Position numbers and translations under genes: made by a program. 64,000 bases of DNA, from assembly GCA_035541435.1 (NCBI GenBank), contig DATKNL010000012.1, forward strand, positions 6,498 through 70,497, in the 5' to 3' direction. The notes below the pieces were generated by a model. The model did no database searches, had not been told where the DNA came from, and saw only the letters and a list, made by a program, of their open reading frames with translations. This stretch comes from Minisyncoccota bacterium (GTDB lineage Bacteria; Patescibacteriota; Minisyncoccia; UBA6257; 2-01-FULL-56-20). Shown in pieces: positions 17,893-29,446 of the stretch. How positions within the stretch are numbered: the stretch's first letter is position 1; each line of letters opens with the position of its first letter.

Positions 17893-20424
17893 TTAGCCCT
17901 TCTTCTTGCCGGCAATCGAGCCCTTGTTCGCCTTGGCGTTCTGCCCTTCGATGGAATGTCCGCCGAACCGGTTGCGCAGCGCGGAAACCACCTTGCCGGT
18001 ATAGCTCGGGTTGTTCTTCGACTTAACGCGGAAGCGGAACGCGTCCTCGATCACGGGCAGCTTCATCTTGATCTTCTTCGCGCTCCTGATCGTCCATTCC
18101 CCTTCGCCCGTATAGGCGACCGAACCGGAAACCGCCTTGAGGTCGGTCCCATAGTCGTTGAACGCGCTCTCGAGCCATCCCACGAGCCGCGACTCGATCA
18201 CGCTGCCGTGATTGTAGACGTTCGCGATCTTCTTCAGATCAAGCTTGAAGGGCGATTTCTTCATGAGACCGAACCCTTCGGCGATCGCCTGCATCATGCC
18301 GTATTCGATGCCGTTATGGACCATCTTCACATAGTGGCCTGAGCCCGCCGCGCCGAAATGGGAGTAGCCGCCGGGAACGGACAGGTCCCTGAACAGCGGC
18401 TCGAGTTTCTCAAACAGCTTCCCGTCGCCGCCGATCATGAGCGAACCGCCGTTGCGCGCGCCGGACGGGCCGCCGGAGAAGCCGACATCCATGAAGCCGA
18501 TCCCCTTCTTCGCGAGGAGCTTCGCGCGACGCATCGTGTCCTCATAATAGGAATTCGCCCCGTCGATCACGACGTCCCCTTTGCGCAGGAACTTCACCAA
18601 GCCGTCGGACGGCTGCGTGCCGCGGCCGCCCTTCGAACCGAAGAGGAACTCGTCGATGCCCGGTCCCGCCGTGATCATCATCCAGATGACGCGCGGGGCT
18701 CCGAGCTTGTCCGCGAGGTCCTTCGCCCCGACGGCGCCCTCGAACCCTTCCTGCTGCATCGCCTCGACGGGAGCCGCCGAGCGGTTCGAAACCACGACGT
18801 GCCACCCCTTGTCGCGGAGCTGGCGGGCGACGTTGCCGCCCATCTTGCCGAGGCCATACACGCCGATTTCCTTCTTCACGCCTGCGTCAACGCGCGGACC
18901 GTCAACCAGCGCGGCGGCTTCGCGGGTGACCGTCGAATTGTCCGGAACATAATGTGCGAGCGGCACGAGGCCCTTCGCCCATCCCCGCTCGATCGGATCG
19001 ACGAAGCGCCACATGGCGGCGATCTCATCGCTCGAGATGAAGAGCGTCTGGTCGCCGTTCACGCAGTCAAGCAGCAGCTTCTCGTACTCCTCGGTATATT
19101 GCGACTCGTGGCCGCCGTTCCGCAGCTGGAATTCGAACGTTCGCTCCTCGACTTCCATGGCGAACCCGGGCTTCTTCGACCAGAACCTGATCGTGATGCC
19201 TTCGTTCGGATCCTGCCTGAAGATGATCGAATCGCGGTAATGCCGGCCGCCGGGCGGGCAGAGGCACGGCTGCGGATGGCTGAGCAGCACCTCGATCTCG
19301 GTGACTTCCTTGTGCTCGTTCGGATCGATGAGGCGCTTGCCGGCCTCCATGACGAACTTCACGCCCTCCCACCGCGGATGCGCGATCGAAAAACGCGCGC
19401 GGAAATAGGTTTCGGTCTCGGAATTCGGCATCACGCCCTTCACGGACTGATAGCCCTCGTATTGGCCGCGGAACGTCTGCTTGGCCACCTCGTCGGGCGT
19501 CATCGGCCTGAGGGCCTTGAGGATCTCGGTGCGGCGGGCGCGGACCTCGTCGGCGTTCAGGCTGCGCGGCTGCCCCATGGTGACGAGGGCGACCATCTGC
19601 AGCAGATGGTTCTGGCCCACGTCGCGCAGGGCGCCGAGCGGATCATAGAACGGGCCGCGGTCCTCGACGCCGACGTTCTCGAGTTCGCGCACATAGATCG
19701 TGTCGATCATCTCTTTGCCCCATGCATTCTCGAAGAGGTTGTTATAGAAGCGGAAAGCGAGGATGTTCTGGAAGGTCTCCTTCGCCAGATAATGGTCGAT
19801 GCGATAGATCTGGTCCTCTTTGAAGATCTTCGAGAGCTTGGCGTCGAGCGCCTTGGCGCTCTTTTCGTCGCGTCCGAACGGCTTCTCGATGATGATGCGC
19901 GTCCATCCCTGCCGGCCCTCGTTCACGGTCTTCTCGTCGACGGACCCGGCCGGAAAATGCTGAACGGGGACCGCACATTCCTCGTGAAGGCCCGCGCGCT
20001 TCATGTTGTCCATGATCTCGGCGTAGAACTGCGGAGGGACCGAGAGATAGAACAGCTTGTTCGCGCACATGCCGCGCTCGTTGTCGATGCGCTCGAGCTC
20101 GTTCTTGAGCGCCACATAGTCGCCATGATTCTCGAACATCACCTTGTGGTAGACCGCGAGGTTGAGGAACGCTTCGACGCTCTCGCGGCGCGCGTTCGGA
20201 ACCTTCACGCTCAAAATCGCCTCGATGTGGCGGCGGAGGTCCTCGTCATGCCAGTCGCGGCGAGAGATGCCGATCAGTTTGAAATTCTCAGGGAGGCGCT
20301 TCTCTTCGAAAAGATGAAAGAGGGCGGGAGCGATCTTCTTGGTCATCAGGTCCCCGGTCGCACCGAGAACGATGAAAACGGTCGGAACCGACGGTTTGCG
20401 GATGGTAATTTTTGGCGTAGGCAT
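17893..20424 (-). CDS. zwf: Fused glucose-6-phosphate dehydrogenase / 6-phosphogluconate dehydrogenase (Zwf-Gnd)
   Basis: N-part GATGDL, RIDHYLAKE, DVGQNHLLQ; C-part GLGKMG, GHYVKMVHNGIEYG; one uninterrupted 843-aa ORF. Confidence 0.9.
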   Translation of the reverse strand: MPTPKITIRKPSVPTVFIVLGATGDLMTKKIAPALFHLFEEKRLPENFKLIGISRRDWHDEDLRRHIEAILSVKVPNARRESVEAFLNLAVYHKVMFENHGDYVALKNELERIDNERGMCANKLFYLSVPPQFYAEIMDNMKRAGLHEECAVPVQHFPAGSVDEKTVNEGRQGWTRIIIEKPFGRDEKSAKALDAKLSKIFKEDQIYRIDHYLAKETFQNILAFRFYNNLFENAWGKEMIDTIYVRELENVGVEDRGPFYDPLGALRDVGQNHLLQMVALVTMGQPRSLNADEVRARRTEILKALRPMTPDEVAKQTFRGQYEGYQSVKGVMPNSETETYFRARFSIAHPRWEGVKFVMEAGKRLIDPNEHKEVTEIEVLLSHPQPCLCPPGGRHYRDSIIFRQDPNEGITIRFWSKKPGFAMEVEERTFEFQLRNGGHESQYTEEYEKLLLDCVNGDQTLFISSDEIAAMWRFVDPIERGWAKGLVPLAHYVPDNSTVTREAAALVDGPRVDAGVKKEIGVYGLGKMGGNVARQLRDKGWHVVVSNRSAAPVEAMQQEGFEGAVGAKDLADKLGAPRVIWMMITAGPGIDEFLFGSKGGRGTQPSDGLVKFLRKGDVVIDGANSYYEDTMRRAKLLAKKGIGFMDVGFSGGPSGARNGGSLMIGGDGKLFEKLEPLFRDLSVPGGYSHFGAAGSGHYVKMVHNGIEYGMMQAIAEGFGLMKKSPFKLDLKKIANVYNHGSVIESRLVGWLESAFNDYGTDLKAVSGSVAYTGEGEWTIRSAKKIKMKLPVIEDAFRFRVKSKNNPSYTGKVVSALRNRFGGHSIEGQNAKANKGSIAGKKKG

Positions 20425-20450
20425 ATGCCTTCATCATACCACACGCCCGC

Positions 20451-21131
20451 TCAGTCATCGGCATCGTCGATCTTGTAGCCGTACCCATGAACCGTCTTCA
20501 GAAGCTTCTTCTTGTGCCCGTCGTCGATCTTCGCGCGCAAAAACCTGATATGGACATCGACGGTATTCGTGAACGGATCGACGTTCATGTCCCAGACGTG
20601 TTCGAGAATCATGGCACGGGTGAGCGTCGTCCCCTTGTGCCGCATGAGGTATTCGAGCAGCGCGAACTCTTTCTTGTTGAGCTTGATCTGCCGTCCGCCG
20701 CGCGCGACCTCGTGCCGCGCCGTGTCCATCACGAGATCGCCGACCTGGATCAGCGTGCCGATCAGCGTCTTCTCGCGGCGCAGCAGGGCGCGGACGCGGG
20801 CGGCGAGCTCGACGGACGAGAACGGCTTCGTGAGGTAATCGTCGGCGCCGAGGTTGAGCGCATCGACTTTCGTGGCGAGGTCGGCGACCACGGAAAGGAT
20901 GATGATCGGGAACGTGAGCCCCCGGTCGCGGGCGGCCTTGCAGACCTCGAGGCCGTTGCCGCCCTGCCCGAGGTTGATATCGATCACGCCGACGTCATAG
21001 GGGTTCGTCTTCGCCCAAAAGATCGCCTTGTCGGCAAATTCGGTGTGGTCGGCCGCAATCCGTTCGGATTTCAACGCCGAAAGGACGACCTCTGCCATCT
21101 TTATATCGTCTTCGACAACAAGAGCCCGCAT
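20451..21131 (-). CDS. OmpR-family response regulator
   Basis: VVEDD, GADDYLTKPF, NTVDVHIRFLRAKID and TVHGYGYK. Confidence 0.95.
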   Translation of the reverse strand: MRALVVEDDIKMAEVVLSALKSERIAADHTEFADKAIFWAKTNPYDVGVIDINLGQGGNGLEVCKAARDRGLTFPIIILSVVADLATKVDALNLGADDYLTKPFSSVELAARVRALLRREKTLIGTLIQVGDLVMDTARHEVARGGRQIKLNKKEFALLEYLMRHKGTTLTRAMILEHVWDMNVDPFTNTVDVHIRFLRAKIDDGHKKKLLKTVHGYGYKIDDADD

Positions 21132-21171
21132 ATCCCCATAATAGCAGGCCGTGGATTAAAAATTTATTAAA

Positions 21172-21199
21172 AAATCAGGCCCGAAAAGGCCTGATTTTT
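21172..21199 (-). terminator. Intrinsic terminator after the FKBP gene
   Basis: AAAATCAGGCC-CGAAAA-GGCCTGATTTT hairpin with T tract. Confidence 0.7.
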
Positions 21200-21201
21200 C
21201 G

Positions 21202-21693
21202 CTATTTTCCGGTGCTCGATGAGACCGAGAGCAGCTTCACCGTGAAGTGCAGGGTCGAGTTCGGCGGGATCGTGCCGATGCCCTGGCTGCCATAGGCCAG
21301 TTCCGGCGGAATCGTGAGTTCGCGGGTGCCGCCGACCTTCATATTAAGGAGGCCGAGATCCCATCCCTGGATCACCTGGCCGGCCCCGAGCGTGAACGAA
21401 AGCGGCTGGTTGCCGTGAAGCGACGACGCGTCGAAGACGGTGCCGTCGTCGAGCTTGCCCGTATAAAGGACGTTCACGGTGTCCCCGGCCTGCGCGGCGG
21501 CTCCGGTGCCGACGACCGTATCGGTTATTTTGAGATTCTGCATGGCTTGTGTTTGGGTTTGTTGCGCTGCCGCTCCCTGGTCGACGAGAGCCGACTGACT
21601 CTCGGTCGAAATCCGATCGCTGTACCACGTTCCGAAGCCGATCAGGCCGGCGGCGACGGCTACGAAAACGACGACAAGAATGGTTCGTTTCAT
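21202..21693 (-). CDS. FKBP-type peptidyl-prolyl isomerase, membrane-anchored
   Basis: [28 protein letters not shown] and IPPNSTLHF. Confidence 0.93.
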   Translation of the reverse strand: MKRTILVVVFVAVAAGLIGFGTWYSDRISTESQSALVDQGAAAQQTQTQAMQNLKITDTVVGTGAAAQAGDTVNVLYTGKLDDGTVFDASSLHGNQPLSFTLGAGQVIQGWDLGLLNMKVGGTRELTIPPELAYGSQGIGTIPPNSTLHFTVKLLSVSSSTGK

Positions 21694-21754
21694 GCGATTC
21701 AGTCTATCATCAAAATTATTCCGACGCCAGAAAACCCGCAAGCCCTTCCTTATA

Positions 21755-22084
21755 TCAGAGGATCTTGGAACCGGGCGGGACGTCCTTCCCGGGTCCGAGC
21801 AGGATCGGCGCGCCGTCCTCGCCGTGGGCGGCGAGCAGCATGCCGCGGCTCTCGAGTCCCATCATCTTCCGGGGCTCGAGGTTCGCGATGATCACCACGT
21901 TCTTCCCGACGAGGTCATCGGGACCGTAATGCTTTGCGATGCCCGAAAGGATCTGCCGGGCCCCTTCGTCGGGCATGCCGAGATCCACGCTCAGCTTCAG
22001 GAGCTTTTCGGATCCCTCAACCGGTTCGGCGGCGAGGATCCTGCCCACCCGAAGGTCGGCCTGCTGGAATTCGTCGAGGGTCAT
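21755..22084 (-). CDS. tRNA-binding OB-fold protein (Trbp111/CsaA/MetRS C-terminal domain)
   Basis: [24 protein letters not shown] and [17 protein letters not shown]; TATAAT 7 nt upstream of ATG at 22084. Confidence 0.88.
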   Translation of the reverse strand: MTLDEFQQADLRVGRILAAEPVEGSEKLLKLSVDLGMPDEGARQILSGIAKHYGPDDLVGKNVVIIANLEPRKMMGLESRGMLLAAHGEDGAPILLGPGKDVPPGSKIL

Positions 22085-22092
22085 ATGGGCTA

Positions 22093-23115
22093 TTATAGCC
22101 TCAGCCCGCGGACAACGCCATTCTTTCGCGTGCCGCCGCCTCCGCCTCCGCCACGCTCGCTGCTTGTCGAAGCGCCTTCGACGCTGCCGCCGTGCGCCGG
22201 CATGATCATGATGGTCGTGCTTGCCGATGCCGATACGGTCCCGCTCGCTTCGGCCGCACTCCCGCTGCCCCCGCAACGGCTTTCGAAGCGGTCCAGAAGC
22301 TCTGGATTCCGAATGAGTTCCGCGCGGGCTTCGGACGAATCCTTGAAGAGGGCGAACATCGTCCGGCATACCGTCGAGGACGGTTCTCCGTTCGGCACGT
22401 GGAATGACGGCGTCGCCACGGCCGTTCCAGTGGGGGCGGCCTGCCCCTCATAGGACGGCATGGTCGATGTCGCCGTCACCGCGGCATTCTGGCGGCCATG
22501 GTTGCCATGCGGCCGTCCACCCTCATTCGAAGACGAGGCATTCGTTGACGAACCGACGGTTCCCGGCAGGACGGGCGCGCTCATGGTCGCCGCGCCGTTA
22601 ACGCCGGCCGCGCCCGAAGCCCCTGACGGGCCGCTTCCTTCATGATCGCCCCGCGAAACCGGGGCCACGGCGGCAAGGGAGCTGCTCACGGCGTCATCAA
22701 AATCGACGGCGAGGCCGCTGATCAGGCTGCTTGTCGGCTTGCGCGTGGAAAGGTCGGCGATCTCGTTCGCGCGCCGCGCGGCGAGGGTTGCTTCGAACTG
22801 AGCCTGCCCGTTCGTCGGCGTAAGGGCGAGACGCACGCCTTCGCTCCATCGCTTCAAGGGGTACAGCGGGCTGTCGGCCGACACATTGGCCGCATCGGCA
22901 TACGCCGCGACGCTCACCATGAAGATGGCGCCCGCAAGGACGGCCGTCGCGGCCCTCATCCATCCGGGAAGCCCGTGCGCCGCCGCCCGTTCGGGACGGG
23001 TGCCGAACCGCGCGTCGAAGGCGGCCAGGAACCGCTCCTTGCCCCGCCGGACGAAGGCCTCATCGGGCCGCGCCGTTCCAGATCTGAATTTTTTTAAAAA
23101 ATGTCTGTCAGTCAT
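22093..23115 (-). CDS. DUF5667-like membrane protein, probable anti-sigma factor
   Basis: TM then DSPLYPLKRWSEGVRLAL..RRANE motif and low-complexity tail; overlaps the end of the ECF sigma gene. Confidence 0.7.
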   Translation of the reverse strand: MTDRHFLKKFRSGTARPDEAFVRRGKERFLAAFDARFGTRPERAAAHGLPGWMRAATAVLAGAIFMVSVAAYADAANVSADSPLYPLKRWSEGVRLALTPTNGQAQFEATLAARRANEIADLSTRKPTSSLISGLAVDFDDAVSSSLAAVAPVSRGDHEGSGPSGASGAAGVNGAATMSAPVLPGTVGSSTNASSSNEGGRPHGNHGRQNAAVTATSTMPSYEGQAAPTGTAVATPSFHVPNGEPSSTVCRTMFALFKDSSEARAELIRNPELLDRFESRCGGSGSAAEASGTVSASASTTIMIMPAHGGSVEGASTSSERGGGGGGGTRKNGVVRGLRL

Positions 23116-23662
23116 CGAATTCTCGCTTTATCTTTTCCTTTACGCGAAGTACGGCGACGCGGAGCGATCCTTCCGAACGTGCGAGCATGACGGCGATGTC
23201 CTTATAGGGCATCTCGGCCAGGTAGCGCAATTCGAAGAGCTGCTGCTCCTCGTCGGTCAGGGTCTTCAGGAAGACCTTGACCTTCTCATATTGCAGCTTG
23301 GCGTCAAAATCCGGGAACTCGGCGGTCGCCATCGAGGCGACGGTGTCCTCTTCGAAGCTCGAGAACGGCGTCTCTTTCTTCTCGCGGTAGTGGTCGATGA
23401 GCGCGTGGCGCACCATCTGCCAGAACCACACGGTGAAGCGGCCGCGCTTCTCGTCGAAGCTCGCGATCTTCTCGACGAGCTTCACGAAGATGTCCTGAGA
23501 AAGGTCCTCCGCGATCTCGCGCTTGCCGGTCCTCGCGAAGAGGAATCCGAAGACTTTGGGAAGGAGGTCGTCATAGAGCTCCGAAGCGGCTCGGCGGTCC
23601 CCTTTCTTCATCTTGAGCGCGAGGCCGGTCAGCCGGTCCCCTTTCAGCATGTTGAGTTCCAT
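23108..23662 (-). CDS. ECF RNA polymerase sigma factor
   Basis: AEDLSQDIFVK...FTVWFWQMVRH; region 4 YKDIAVML. Confidence 0.9.
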   Translation of the reverse strand: MELNMLKGDRLTGLALKMKKGDRRAASELYDDLLPKVFGFLFARTGKREIAEDLSQDIFVKLVEKIASFDEKRGRFTVWFWQMVRHALIDHYREKKETPFSSFEEDTVASMATAEFPDFDAKLQYEKVKVFLKTLTDEEQQLFELRYLAEMPYKDIAVMLARSEGSLRVAVLRVKEKIKREFDD

Positions 23663-23730
23663 TGGGAGATACGTTCAGTCCTGGTTTTTGTTACGACGGT
23701 ATCCGTGGCCCCTCCGGTCCGATGTTCATA

Positions 23731-23758
23731 TAACGCAGTTTCACCGTCCGAGGTTTCA
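23731..23758 (-). promoter_or_regulatory. Putative ECF-type (autoregulatory) promoter
   Basis: TGAAAC-N17-CGTTA upstream of the ECF gene. Confidence 0.45.
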
Positions 23759-23932
23759 TAACCAAGTATAAAAAATCCAGCAAAATCCAGGGTTGTAGCG
23801 CCTCCCCGAAAAACGAAAAGGCTGGATCGATTGCAGGCCCCGAAAAACCGAGGGCGCGAAATTCAGCCTTGGATTCCATCCACACGTTTTCCAGAAATGC
23901 GGCGCCGATGCGGATTTTTTCGCGCGTCTCCA

Positions 23933-26626
<2,694 letters not shown>

Positions 26627-26716
26627 AGGCCCTCATTATACGTCGTTTAAGCCGGTTAGGAAAGGGTCGATCGGGCCGCTGGCGCGACGCCGCGCGGGCG
26701 CGCGACGGACCCGCAC

Positions 26717-26750
26717 AAAAAATCCGGCACCAGAGACGGTGCCGGACTTC
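26717..26750 (-). terminator. Intrinsic terminator after the small basic ORF
   Basis: TCCGGCACC stem pairing with GGTGCCGGA, followed by TTTTT on the minus strand. Confidence 0.7.
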
Positions 26751-26767
26751 CTAGCCGAACAATCGGA

Positions 26768-26839
26768 CTATTTGCGGCGGCTCTTCTTCGCTTTCTTCTT
26801 CGAGCTCTTCTTCGCCGCTTTCTTTTTCTTTGCAGGCAT
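26768..26839 (-). CDS. 23-aa lysine-rich small protein (MPAKKKKAAKKSSKKKAKKSRRK)
   Basis: Manual translation; below the ORF-track cutoff; bracketed by a TATACT -10 upstream and a terminator downstream. Confidence 0.65.
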   Translation of the reverse strand: MPAKKKKAAKKSSKKKAKKSRRK

Positions 26840-26999
26840 GGTAGCTAGTTTTTTATTTTGATTAGGTTGCCGACCACCCTAATGCGTTTTCCGAATCAGG
26901 CACACGGCCTCTCCACTCGGAAATTGTCTTACCTTCAGTATATACAAACGGATATTCGCGCCGCTGTGGATAAGTGGCACGGCGCGTCCGCGCGGGAAA

Positions 27000-27335
27000 T
27001 TATTTTCGCGGCGCCCGGCGCGATTCCTCGCGCTTCGTCTTGTACTTTTTGATCTCGAGGCGCAGCATGTCCTTCGCCTGATCGATCGCGGTGCGCACGT
27101 CCTCGGCGTACGCCTCGGCGCGGAGGATCCTGCGCGGCAGCTTGAGGTCCGCCGCGACGAGGAAGACGTCGCCCTTCCGGTGGCGCTTCGTGGTCCGCAC
27201 GATCTCGAGCGAGATCTCGGCCGTGTCGTTCTCGTCGAACGGCTTGATGAACTTCGCGAGCGCCGAGAGCTTCGTGTCGATATAGGTGCCGAGCGACGGG
27301 GTGAAATCGACCGCCTTCCTCACGTGGATGTGCAT
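27000..27335 (-). CDS. raiA: Ribosome hibernation factor (HPF/RaiA, short form)
   Basis: TPSLGTYIDTKL...LRAEA.AEDVRTAID; upstream of secA as in many bacteria. Confidence 0.88.
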   Translation of the reverse strand: MHIHVRKAVDFTPSLGTYIDTKLSALAKFIKPFDENDTAEISLEIVRTTKRHRKGDVFLVAADLKLPRRILRAEAYAEDVRTAIDQAKDMLRLEIKKYKTKREESRRAPRK

Positions 27336-27342
27336 GATGGTG

Positions 27343-28314
27343 TTAGATGGTTTGGACCTCTTCCTCTAATTGTACCTTAAACCGCCGCCGGACCTCGGCC
27401 TTCGCGAGGTCGATGAGCGCCCGCACGTCGGCCGCCGACGCGTCCATGACGTTCACGATGAAATTCGGATGCTTCGGCGAGATCATCGCGCCGCCGCAGC
27501 TCACGCCGCGCAGTCCCGACTCGCCGACGAGCTTCGCCGCCGAGAGCACGGGAAGCGGATCGGTCTTCACAGTGAAATCCGAACCTTTGAATCGTACGCG
27601 CGCGTGCGCGACCGCGTTAGCGTACGCGCGGCTCCCCTTCGCGTGCACGCGCTCGAGCGGAACGTTCTTGAACGTGCTGCCGATGTTCGGGTAGTCGAGC
27701 GGATGGTTCCTCTCGCGGTACACGATCCGCTCGCTCATGCCGTCCATGATCGCCCTGCGGTCGCCCTTCGCGAGCCGCAGCGTGACGTCGAGCACGATCT
27801 CGCGGCCGTCCTTCTTTTTGAAAACGCTGTCGCGGTAGGCGAACCGGCACGCGGCGCGCGACCGCGTGACGACCTTCATCGTCCTCGTGTCGAGGCTCCG
27901 CACCGAGACGACCGAATCCTTGATCTCGCCGCCGAAGCATCCGGCGTTGCCGCGGATCGCGCCGCCCACCGTTCCCGGAAGGCCGCCCGCCCACTCGAGG
28001 CCGGCGAGCGACTTCTTCATCGCGAACCGCAGGAGGTCGGCCATCGGGACGCCGGCGCCGACGCGGACGGTCGTCCCCTTGGCGGTGAGCGTCATGAGTT
28101 CGGGCTTCACGACCAGGCCGTCGAACCCCCGGTCGCCGATCAAAAGGTTCGTCCCGCCGCCCAGCACGAAAACCTTCATCTTCTGCGCTTTCGCGGCCTT
28201 GATGGCGGCCTTAAGGTCCCGCTCGCTCCTGGCACGAAAAAAGGCCTTTGCAGGCCCGCCGATCCGGTAGTGGCTATAACGGGCCAATATGACGTTGGAT
28301 TGAAACCGGGGCAT
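27343..28314 (-). CDS. murB: UDP-N-acetylenolpyruvoylglucosamine reductase
   Basis: YRIGGPA, GGGTNLL, GLPGTVGGAIRGNAG, FAYRDSVFK, GSTFKN and HPNFIVN. Confidence 0.96.
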   Translation of the reverse strand: MPRFQSNVILARYSHYRIGGPAKAFFRARSERDLKAAIKAAKAQKMKVFVLGGGTNLLIGDRGFDGLVVKPELMTLTAKGTTVRVGAGVPMADLLRFAMKKSLAGLEWAGGLPGTVGGAIRGNAGCFGGEIKDSVVSVRSLDTRTMKVVTRSRAACRFAYRDSVFKKKDGREIVLDVTLRLAKGDRRAIMDGMSERIVYRERNHPLDYPNIGSTFKNVPLERVHAKGSRAYANAVAHARVRFKGSDFTVKTDPLPVLSAAKLVGESGLRGVSCGGAMISPKHPNFIVNVMDASAADVRALIDLAKAEVRRRFKVQLEEEVQTI

Positions 28315-28334
28315 ATATAAAGAGGGGCAGGCAG

Positions 28335-28459
28335 AGAAAAGCCGCTCCGCCCAAAACGCGACCGTGCACGGGTAATGTGCTGGGCGGAGCGGCTATGGTG
28401 ACCTCCAGTTCTATTTGATGTTGAACGAGTGCTCTCTAGCTGCTCCGCTTATGAGTATA
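28335..28459 (-). promoter_or_regulatory. Structured murB leader, putative attenuator
   Basis: TATACT at 28454-28459; 14-bp perfect stem 28340-28353/28381-28394 followed by TTTCTC; segment 28437-28448 could pair alternatively with one arm. Confidence 0.5.
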
Positions 28460-28531
28460 CCAGATGGCGGGACGGAACGGGTTCACAGCCGGCCAGTCGG
28501 GCCAGCGGCAGCCCCGGCCGCCCGGTCGGAC

Positions 28532-28658
28532 TTGCGCAATTCGAAAAACCCTGGTATAATGGGTTACGAATGAGTGTGATGCGTTTTGATTACTAATTGA
28601 AGCGCGTCCCATGCAGTTCTATTTGGCAAAAAGACCCCGCAAGGGGCCTTTTTGTTTT
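28532..28658 (+). ncRNA. Candidate ~90-nt small RNA (coordinates include its sigma70 promoter)
   Basis: TTGCGC-N17-TATAAT with extended -10 TG; internal hairpin; terminator 28629-28658; only an 8-codon ORF inside. Confidence 0.45.
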
Positions 28659-28678
28659 CTACGACCGATCGTCCCGCC

Positions 28679-29431
28679 TTATCGCAACGCGTAGGTGATC
28701 GTCACGTCGTCAGTCACGTCCTGCGAACCAGGCTGGATCGTCGGCACGGACGATTCCGCCACCGCGCCGCCAAATCCCGAAGCGGCATAGTATGGTCGCG
28801 GTGGCGGCGTTCCGCCGCTCTCGACGACATTCACCGGATCGCCGAGCGTCACGCCGGCCTCGCTCGCCATCTCCATCGCCTTGGCTTTCGCCTTCGCGAA
28901 CGCGTCGGCGCGCGCGGGCGCGAGCATCGCGTTCGGATCGTTGAACGTGAAGTTGACGCCGCCGATCTGGTTCACGCCGAGCGGCGCGAGGCCGCCGAGG
29001 ATCGGGGCGACCTTCGTGAGGTCGTGCACCTTGATCGTCACCGTCTGCGTGAGCGTGTAGCCCGTGATGGACTGCCGCCCGGTGTTCGTGTCGTATTTGT
29101 AGTTCGGCTGCAGGTCATAGGCCGTCGTGGCCGTGTCGCTTGCGGCGATCCCCTGCGACGAGACGAACTTGAGCACCGCGTTCATCTTGTCGATGTTGTT
29201 CGCGCTGAGCGCCTGCGGATCGTTCCCCTGCGTGAGGACCGAGAACGAGATCTCCGCGAGGTCGGGCGTCGCCGTCGTCTTTCCCTCGGCGGTCACCGTG
29301 ATCGTCCGCGAGGGCGGATAGGACGCCTTGAAGGATCCGATTGCGGGCAAAGCGAAGAACACCAGTCCGACGATCACGACCACCATGAGCACGTTGAGGA
29401 GGGCCCAGAAATAGAATTTTTGTCGTTCCAT
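28679..29431 (-). CDS. SIMPL domain (DUF541/YggE-like) protein
   Basis: RTITVTAEG...PDLAEI, AR.DAF.KAK.KA and IQPGSQDVT..VTITY. Confidence 0.92.
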   Translation of the reverse strand: MERQKFYFWALLNVLMVVVIVGLVFFALPAIGSFKASYPPSRTITVTAEGKTTATPDLAEISFSVLTQGNDPQALSANNIDKMNAVLKFVSSQGIAASDTATTAYDLQPNYKYDTNTGRQSITGYTLTQTVTIKVHDLTKVAPILGGLAPLGVNQIGGVNFTFNDPNAMLAPARADAFAKAKAKAMEMASEAGVTLGDPVNVVESGGTPPPRPYYAASGFGGAVAESSVPTIQPGSQDVTDDVTITYALR

Positions 29432-29446
29432 AGGTTTTTGAGGTAA

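Noticed and set aside
26840-26999. Known raiA-motif RNA
   Set aside because: That motif is larger and typically upstream of raiA; this structure is downstream and I cannot match its conserved features by eye.
28280-28410. Type I toxin ORF behind the GGAGG in the murB leader
   Set aside because: The codon at the expected start position is ATA and the frame overlaps murB; no convincing toxin peptide.
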